IMG/VR virus record: IMGVR_UViG_2541047688_000006
Coordinates: 1 to 9,595 of that record
Length of the DNA stretch: 9,595 bases
Reading direction: 5' to 3' (one strand)
Source of the DNA: a virus
Lineage: Duplodnaviria; Heunggongvirae; Uroviricota; Caudoviricetes
The notes under the pieces were generated by a model. It did no database searches, was not told the origin of the DNA, and saw only the letters and a list, made by a program, of their open reading frames with translations. Positions within the stretch are counted from its first letter, which is position 1. Every line of letters starts with the position of its first letter. Shown here in pieces: positions 5,932-9,595 of this stretch. A program made the position numbers and the translations under genes.

Positions 5932-5966
5932 TAAAAAAAGCCCGCAGCAGTGACGCCACGGGCTTC
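5932..5966 (-). terminator. Putative rho-independent terminator between lom and stf (minus strand)
   Basis: On the minus strand, AAGCCCG (5965-5959) pairs with CGGGCTT (5944-5938) around a 14-nt loop, followed by a U-run (plus-strand A7 at 5933-5939). It lies immediately upstream of the stf RBS. Confidence 0.45.
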
Positions 5967-6069
5967 AGGACAGTGTAACTTTACGTTTCCTCAAACGCAG
6001 TTCACCCCATAAGGTGGATGAACCTGCGTATCATAACAATATTTACAGAAGATAAATCGGCGTCTGTTG

Positions 6070-6669
6070 TCAGAAACGGTATCCGATACCAACAATAAAT
6101 GCATCCGTTCGCCAGTCGCCACTACCGGAACCTTCATAAGCAAGGTCAATGGTCACGGATTCGGTCGGATTAAACTGCACGCCAGCCCCCCACGCCAGAG
6201 ACGTGTTGCTGTGGCGACCGTCATCACTTCCGGTCAGCACATCGTGCGTTTTCCCCTTGTTGTCAGTTACGCGGAGATAATCCCCGGAGAAAGTCGACAC
6301 ACGGCTGTAAGCCACACCCACCATCGCATACGCGCTGAACCATTCATTCACGCGTACAGACGGCCCCGCCATCACGCTGAACCAGCGGTTACGCACGGAA
6401 TCTTCATGCCAGCGGGTATCGCTGTAGCGCGTTTTTTGCTCATCCTCAGCATTGGCATAACTGAAGGACGTAATCAGCCCCAGCGCGTCCGTAAACTCAT
6501 AACGGTATTTCACGTTAATCCCGTTCAGATCATCACTACCGGGAACGTTCGTCGAGGCATGGAGATACCCCGCGCTCAGCGTGGACTGATGTTCTGCTGC
6601 ACTCGCTGGCGTAGCAGCGGCGACCTGCCAGACTACTGCGGACAAAATAACAGCACATAATTTACGCAT
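6070..6669 (-). CDS. lom: Lom outer membrane protein (Ail/Lom/PagC/OmpX family 8-strand beta-barrel), 199 aa
   Basis: ATG at 6669 with SD GAGAGG. Signal peptide MRKLCAVILSAVVWQVAAATPASA. The body (HQSTLSAGYLHA...NGINVKYRYEFTD...RYSDTRWHEDSVRNRWFSVMAGPSVRVNEWFSAYAM...GIGYRF) closely matches recalled lambda Lom. Confidence 0.9.
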   Translation of the reverse strand: MRKLCAVILSAVVWQVAAATPASAAEHQSTLSAGYLHASTNVPGSDDLNGINVKYRYEFTDALGLITSFSYANAEDEQKTRYSDTRWHEDSVRNRWFSVMAGPSVRVNEWFSAYAMVGVAYSRVSTFSGDYLRVTDNKGKTHDVLTGSDDGRHSNTSLAWGAGVQFNPTESVTIDLAYEGSGSGDWRTDAFIVGIGYRF

Positions 6670-6692
6670 AATTACCTCTCGCTTTTCTGCAA

Positions 6693-6718
6693 TAAAAAAG
6701 GCGCCATTTCTGGCGCCC
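6693..6718 (-). terminator. Putative rho-independent terminator between J and lom (minus strand)
   Basis: Perfect 7-bp stem GGCGCCA (6700-6706) / TGGCGCC (6711-6717) with a 4-nt loop, followed on the minus strand by UUUUUU (plus-strand A6 at 6694-6699). It lies ~25 nt upstream of the lom SD. Confidence 0.55.
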
Positions 6719-6736
6719 GTATCTGGGTTATAAAAT

Positions 6737-9595
6737 TCAGCTAATCGTGATGCCTGCAGTGGCTTTCTTCATCACAACAACCAGCAAATCGCTGATACTT
6801 GCTGTGGGATACCAGCCATTTACCCACCATGCTGATACAGAAAACTCCAGCGTCATGTCGCCGCGACCAGCAGGCATATCAATAACACCACTGTAAACCA
6901 GCGTATTATCCATCGCGGTACGGTTATAAATTTCAGCACCGTTTTTCTTCACTATCAGGCGGCATGACGAATAAGTATCGCTGTTCTCCCGCTCATGTCT
7001 GGCACCGCTGAAAGCCACCGCCGGAATAACAATCTGCCGGTTAAACGGCTGATCGTCATAAACCCTGACGGTAATGGTTCCTGATGGCCAACGCTTCGGT
7101 GCACGGGAGTCACGAGGGAAAGCCTTACCCACTGTTTTAACGAGATCGCCTTCAATCTGGTTTGCAGACAGTTTCCCTCTGATGACACAGTTCTTGTTAA
7201 TGGTGACATTATTGAGCGTGCCGGTATTCGCCGTGATGGCTCCACTGATATCCGCATTGCGGGCTGTCAGCCTGCCATCCGGCGTCAGGGAAAACGTCGG
7301 AGGATTGCCGGATGACGTGATGCTCACCGCAAACAGTCGCTTCAGGAACACGTCGTTCATGAACAGCTGATTCCCCTGCGCCACAAACAGCGGCGTGGTG
7401 TTGCCGTTCTCCGGGGTAATCATCGCAATGCGATCGGCCTGCAGCAGAATGTTACTCAGGGTCTGACCATCAACATCCTCAATCCCCGCACCAATCCCGG
7501 CCACATAGGGAATACCGTTTTTTGTTTTCTGCACCTTCAGCATATACATGGCATTCAGCTCATTGCGCGTGTCTGACTGAACCCGCTGGATTTGCTGTAT
7601 GGTCACGGCCTGGTCACCCAGCTTTTTATCCGTGGTCGAGGTAATTTCACTCCCTTTTTTATCCACGTACTGGCGGACCTGTGCTATCTGTCGGGCGTTT
7701 TCTGACTGCCCCTGGCTGACAGTCTGTGAGATTTCACTGCTCACCCGGTCCACTTTCTGGCTCACCTGCGCGATGGCCAGTGTCTGATCCTCATTCTTTT
7801 TCGCAACCAGCTGCGTGAGGCTGTTTTCCGCCTTCCCGATTTTCCGGGTCACTTCTGCGATATCCGTGTCCATCCGCTGACGGATATCTTCTTCCAGTTG
7901 CGTGACCTCCGTACGCAGCGCTGAAGCATCAATGCGCTCTTTCAGTGCCTGACCCAGAAGCGTCTCATCTATCAGCCCCCGGAAAATTTCCAGATACCCT
8001 TCACCATCATTGCTGGGCTGCCCGCTGGCTTCCACAAAAGCAGATTTTCCCACCAGGTTGACGCTTCGCACGTAAAACCAGAAATCCGTCCCCGGCTTAA
8101 TCCGGCTCCCCTGGACAGTCCACTGACTGCCGGTCCCCAGATAACGGGCAGATTTTTCCACCTGTGCTGTGTTCGTGATGCGTTTTTCTGAGAACCAGAA
8201 TTCAAACTGTACCGTCGGGTCATACACCGCAAGACGCGGGACCGCCGTTATCTGAAAATACCCCGGCGTCAGCTCAATGGTGGCGGGTTTTGCAGGTGCG
8301 TTAATCCGGAACGATACCGACGCCGGATCGCCCTGCTGTCCCCGGGCATTTACCGCCCGGACCGTCAGCGTGTAACGCCCCAGCGCCAGCTGCCTGAAGC
8401 GGTAAGTGGTTTCCGCCGTCCGGGCCGTGCTGACCAGCCGCTCACTGCCGTCATCCGCTGTTACGGTCAGACGGAGCAGGAAGCTCACGCCCTTCACCAC
8501 CTTCGGCGTGTCCCAGCGCGCCAGCACCTGATATTCCCCGCTGTCTGCGGTGACTTCGGCGGTCAGGTGCTGCACCGCTGGCGGCGTGACACCATTCACC
8601 GTGCCGCTCTGGTCGCCGTCAAAGTGCGCTCCGTTATCCACGATGGCCTCTTTTTCCGGTACATGCTGCACGGCGGTGATGGCATACGCACCGTCATCGT
8701 TCTCCCGGATACTCACACAGCGGAACAGGCGCTGGCGCAGCGTCGGCAGCTTCAGCCCCCACACGCTGTATTCGGCAACGCCGTCAGGAATACGGCTCAC
8801 TTTCACCTTCACGCCGTCGGTGACGGACTGGACCTCCACGCTGACCGGATTCCCACTTCCGTCAACCAGGCTTATCAGCGTGGTGCCGGAGGATGGCAGC
8901 GTGATTTCACGGTCGAGCGTCAGTGTCCGCGTCTGGCTGTTCACCGCCAGCACGCGCCCGCCGATGCTGATACCCGCATAGTCATCATCACAGATTTCAA
9001 TGACATCGCCCGGTACATGGCGAAGCCCTTCTGCACCCACGCTGAAGTCCACGGTCTGCGTTTCCAGCAGCTCCGTTTTAATCAGCCACAGCCCGGCGCG
9101 GTGTGCCTGCCCCCGGCTGGTACAGCCAAAGGCATCCATCTTCGTGACGTTACGACCGTAACGGAGAATGGCCTGCGTGTCCTCCACAAGCTCTGTCGCC
9201 GTCTCCCAGCCGTTATTCGGGTCAATCCAGTTCACCTCAACGGCATTATGACGGTCCTTCAGGGCGCTGAAGCTGTAGCGGAACGGCGCGCCATCATCCG
9301 GCATCACCACATTACTGCGGTTATAGGTCCACACCTTATCCGATGGCCGGTCCTGCACGAACGTCAGCGTCTGCCCGTTCCATACCGGCATACAGCGCAT
9401 CGCCGAGCAGAAATCACTGAGCACATCCCACGCCTTGCGCTGCGTGGTCAGGTACGCATTACAGGTGATACGCGGTTCCGTGCCACCAAAGCCATCCGGC
9501 ACCGACTGGTCGCAATTCTGGCCGATGACATACAGCGCCCATTTATCCACATCCGCCGCACCAAGACGTTTCCCCATGCCGTAGCGCGGATGGGT
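6737..9595 (-). CDS. J: Tail tip attachment / host specificity protein J, C-terminal ~950 codons (5' partial; gene continues beyond window end)
   Basis: The frame is open from the window edge ([26 protein letters not shown]...) to the stop at 6737-6739. Size, position immediately upstream of lom, and the C-terminal ...[16 protein letters not shown] region fit a lambda J-like central tail fibre. The first in-window ATG is at 9577, but the true start is off-window. Confidence 0.9.
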   Translation of the reverse strand, partial: THPRYGMGKRLGAADVDKWALYVIGQNCDQSVPDGFGGTEPRITCNAYLTTQRKAWDVLSDFCSAMRCMPVWNGQTLTFVQDRPSDKVWTYNRSNVVMPDDGAPFRYSFSALKDRHNAVEVNWIDPNNGWETATELVEDTQAILRYGRNVTKMDAFGCTSRGQAHRAGLWLIKTELLETQTVDFSVGAEGLRHVPGDVIEICDDDYAGISIGGRVLAVNSQTRTLTLDREITLPSSGTTLISLVDGSGNPVSVEVQSVTDGVKVKVSRIPDGVAEYSVWGLKLPTLRQRLFRCVSIRENDDGAYAITAVQHVPEKEAIVDNGAHFDGDQSGTVNGVTPPAVQHLTAEVTADSGEYQVLARWDTPKVVKGVSFLLRLTVTADDGSERLVSTARTAETTYRFRQLALGRYTLTVRAVNARGQQGDPASVSFRINAPAKPATIELTPGYFQITAVPRLAVYDPTVQFEFWFSEKRITNTAQVEKSARYLGTGSQWTVQGSRIKPGTDFWFYVRSVNLVGKSAFVEASGQPSNDGEGYLEIFRGLIDETLLGQALKERIDASALRTEVTQLEEDIRQRMDTDIAEVTRKIGKAENSLTQLVAKKNEDQTLAIAQVSQKVDRVSSEISQTVSQGQSENARQIAQVRQYVDKKGSEITSTTDKKLGDQAVTIQQIQRVQSDTRNELNAMYMLKVQKTKNGIPYVAGIGAGIEDVDGQTLSNILLQADRIAMITPENGNTTPLFVAQGNQLFMNDVFLKRLFAVSITSSGNPPTFSLTPDGRLTARNADISGAITANTGTLNNVTINKNCVIRGKLSANQIEGDLVKTVGKAFPRDSRAPKRWPSGTITVRVYDDQPFNRQIVIPAVAFSGARHERENSDTYSSCRLIVKKNGAEIYNRTAMDNTLVYSGVIDMPAGRGDMTLEFSVSAWWVNGWYPTASISDLLVVVMKKATAGITIS

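Larger units (their letters stand above)
1..9595. mobile_element. Fragment of a lambdoid prophage: tail tip, lom, side tail fibre and accessory (b-region-like) genes
   Basis: Gene order J - lom - stf - (tfa remnant) on one strand with convergent accessory genes (recombinase, dinI-like) mirrors the lambda J-lom-stf-tfa / b-region layout. GC content is heterogeneous by eye: high in J, low in the 250-1407 island. Confidence 0.8.

Noticed and set aside
6067-6660. 197-aa plus-strand ORF
   Set aside because: Exactly antisense to lom, which has clear family similarity, a signal peptide and an SD; the plus-strand translation has no protein-like features.
6955-8981. Short ORFs inside or antisense to J (6955..7257, 7074..7370, 7599..7787, 7972..8232, 8550..8981)
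   Set aside because: They are embedded in the long J reading frame, which has strong positional and size support; typical spurious ORFs in GC-rich coding DNA.
250-9595. tRNA, rRNA, CRISPR repeats, IS elements, attachment-site-like tRNA fragments
   Set aside because: No T-psi-C-loop-like GGTTCGAATCC-type motifs, no regularly spaced direct repeats with spacers, and no terminal inverted repeats flanking a transposase-like ORF were seen.

Overview
This window is the distal tail and accessory end of a lambda-like prophage. On the minus strand, reading from high to low coordinates: the 3' ~2.86 kb of a J-like tip-attachment gene (5' end off-window), lom, and a mosaic side-tail-fibre gene (stf) with a lambda-like N-terminus, a 189-bp-period Ala/Ser/Thr/Lys-rich tandem repeat and a non-lambda, lower-GC C-terminal tip. 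Downstream of stf sits a tightly packed three-gene cassette (acidic 93-aa protein overlapping the stf stop, 234-aa mini-fibre with an S74-type self-cleaving chaperone domain, 97-aa membrane protein) that ends against a ~35-codon remnant of the lambda tfa 3' end. Convergent on the plus strand are a serine recombinase in the Pin/Gin-equivalent position (with Cys where the conserved DRLGR arginine is expected), an AT-rich ~1.1-kb island carrying a 77/88-aa ORF and a possible 37-aa hydrophobic peptide, and a dinI-like gene. No rRNA, tRNA or CRISPR array was seen. The best candidate for an undescribed system is the stf-coupled cassette at 2226-3525; the degenerate recombinase/tfa arrangement and the AT-rich island are secondary leads. 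All protein similarities are from reading the translations and recall, not database searches.
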